Assembly: GCA_051294905.1 (NCBI GenBank)
Contig: CM119371.1
Coordinates: forward strand, 30,878,001-30,942,000
Length of the DNA: 64,000 bases
Origin: Botryllus schlosseri
Lineage: Eukaryota
Reading direction: 5' to 3'
Positions 62,103 through 64,000 of this stretch are shown here, piece by piece. The notes beneath the pieces were generated by a model that saw only the letters and a program-made list of their open reading frames with translations, was not told the origin of the DNA and did not search any database. Numbering within the stretch: the stretch's first letter is position 1; every line of letters begins with the position of its first letter. A program made the translations under genes and the position numbers.

Positions 62103-64000
62103 CAGGGTTGTAATGACTCGAGTCATGACTCGACTCGAGTCAGACTCGAGTCACGATTTTTTTATGACTCGACTTGACTCGAGTCATTTTCTTGAAATGG
62201 GAAAATGACTCGACTCGACTCGAGTCAATATTTGGATTGACTCGACTTGTACTCGAGTCATTACGCATGACTCGCCCCAAGTCATTGACTCGGCTTATTT
62301 TATATGACTTGAAGATGAAGAAATTTGCGAATCAAAATGGCTAGATCAACGCATCCGACGAATTCTGCCGATATCGCTATTTGTCACCACTGCTTTCGTT
62401 GCACTTGTCTGATATCAGATATGCCGCCGTAAAAACAACAGAAAATGATACATAGTAGCAATGCGTTGTACAAAATCGTCCAGTGATGAAGAGGTAATGG
62501 ATCCTCCGCAATTCAAGTACTCAAGACTTTTCAATTATGCAAGCAAACAATTGAATAAAAGTTCAATTAGAGCCAATGAAACGACTCAGATGGTGAAGAG
62601 ACTGATAAGCTCATGTGTAGATTTGAAGGCTATGATTCTTTGCATTTTTGGGCGACTAGAAAGAATGAGTATTCAATGCTCTTCAGTGTGGTTCAAAAAT
62701 GCTTGTCAATTCCTGCATCTAGTGCACTAGTGGAACGTGTATTCAGTAGATGTGGATTAATTCTGCGGCCATGCCGCTTTAACATATTTGAGGATCTCCT
62801 TTCCACATTAGTATTTTTGAGGTGTAACTCATTTATTTGACCTGCTGTCTGTGAAAACACACAATGCCCCTCGTTCTTCTGATGTTTTGTTAGGTATGTG
62901 CATTGTGCACGTGAGTAATAATGAATGGCTAATGTTGTGTGATGTTTGTACAATATGGCTGTTCTAAAATAACTTCTTTGTTATTTTGCTGGGTGGTTAC
63001 ATGATAAAATTGTTATGTTGCATAAAAGGAACACTGAATCTGGCTTAATTTGAAAAAAAGTGGAATCAATGATGTGAGAGGAGAATATTTTGGATTTGAA
63101 AATAAATGGAGTCTTTTAGTGAGAAATTCTTTCATATAATATAATTACATAGTAGTAAGCCGACTATTTTTTCATATCCTAAACATTCTACTCTAATAAC
63201 TTCACTTTTTCTAGTTGGAATTGAGTCAAATTTGCTATGAATCATATTTTTACACAATGTAACAATATCATGAGATAGCCGGTAAAATTCGAAAATCTCT
63301 ATTTGTAAATATAGTCCAAAATTTTCTTTCATAGCATTGCCTTCTACTGGTTGGAATTGAGCCAAATTTGATTTTTAGGCAATCTAGCAATTTTAAGAAG
63401 TAGCCAGAAAATTTGAAAAAATGTTTTTGAACAGCCCCATTGTACAATTATTTCTCCAATGCTGTAACTGCGATGTAGTCTGTAATGCAATTGAGAAAAC
63501 CTTTAGTATAATCAAAAGGTATCTGTTCTTTTGTCACTGCACAATGCACGTAGTTGCATGCACGCTTTTACAGCATGCTGACCTGTTGTAAATACCTCTA
63601 CATAAACATGCATCTATTGATTCTCTATCAACTAGTATCTTGACGTGAATTTGTTGGTTCTCTATCAGATAGTATGTAGACGTGAATTCGTTGGTTCTCT
63701 ATCAGCTATTCGTGAGCTATCGTTGATGTGTTCATAATAAAAACTGAATGCTTGTATTGGTGATGTATCAGACTGACAAGAGAGATATTTGATTTTAAGT
63801 TCTAAGATTAGTAAAGTTATCTTTAGCATCGGTAAATGAGGCCAGGACCTGTCCGTTATCTGCCTAAATAAACACGTGCCAAGACTCTGATAGGGACAAA
63901 ATGAGCATGTTTTGCAAACAGGGAATTCGATATCACCCAGGCAGGATTGAAAACATGAGTTGAACATGACTTCAATACTGTGACTTGGACTCGACTCGAG
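62103..64000 (+). mobile_element. Non-autonomous hAT with GACTC arrays and a dimerisation-domain remnant; right end beyond the window
   Basis: Starts CAGGGTTGTAATGACTCGAGTC; ORF 62613-62840 CLSIPASSALVERVFS...; GACTC array resumes at about 63980. Confidence 0.8.

Noticed and set aside
62103..62300. GACTCGAGTC/GACTT arrays (also 7430-7560 and 8165-8350) as a CRISPR-like array
   Set aside because: Short pentamer repeats with no unique spacers, lying at hAT subtermini in eukaryotic DNA; no cas genes.

Overview
Eukaryotic, intron-rich and transposon-dense DNA from an invertebrate, most likely an ascidian/tunicate (inferred from 55-85 nt introns and a Ciona-type GPCR motif). It is not prokaryotic, and no CRISPR array, rRNA gene or true tRNA gene was found. 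The left 40 kb (minus strand) is a large PARP14-like gene: ATG at 39576, RRM/KH-like region, three macrodomains, and a 3' part (presumably WWE and catalytic domains) beyond the left edge. The main observation is that the first macrodomain is split by an open, splice-phase-consistent cassette of about 355 aa (21954-13858). The cassette is a pair of duplicated 106-nt exons that can only be used one at a time, followed by six armadillo-repeat exons resembling the N-terminus of invertebrate ARM-TIR proteins, with no TIR exon. The splice phases predict a chimeric RRM/KH-macro(N)-ARM-macro(C)-macro-macro-(PARP) protein. The right end holds the TM2-TM7 exons of a GRL101/LGR-like GPCR that looks disabled. 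The rest is nested hAT elements and MITEs (many with readable TIRs and 8-bp TSDs), two ZMYM1-like hAT transposase pseudogenes, an 828-bp-arm foldback, TTAGGG-minisatellite elements, LINE 3' ends, a SINE and THAP remnants. Exon models were built by hand from GT-AG sites and phase, with no expression data.
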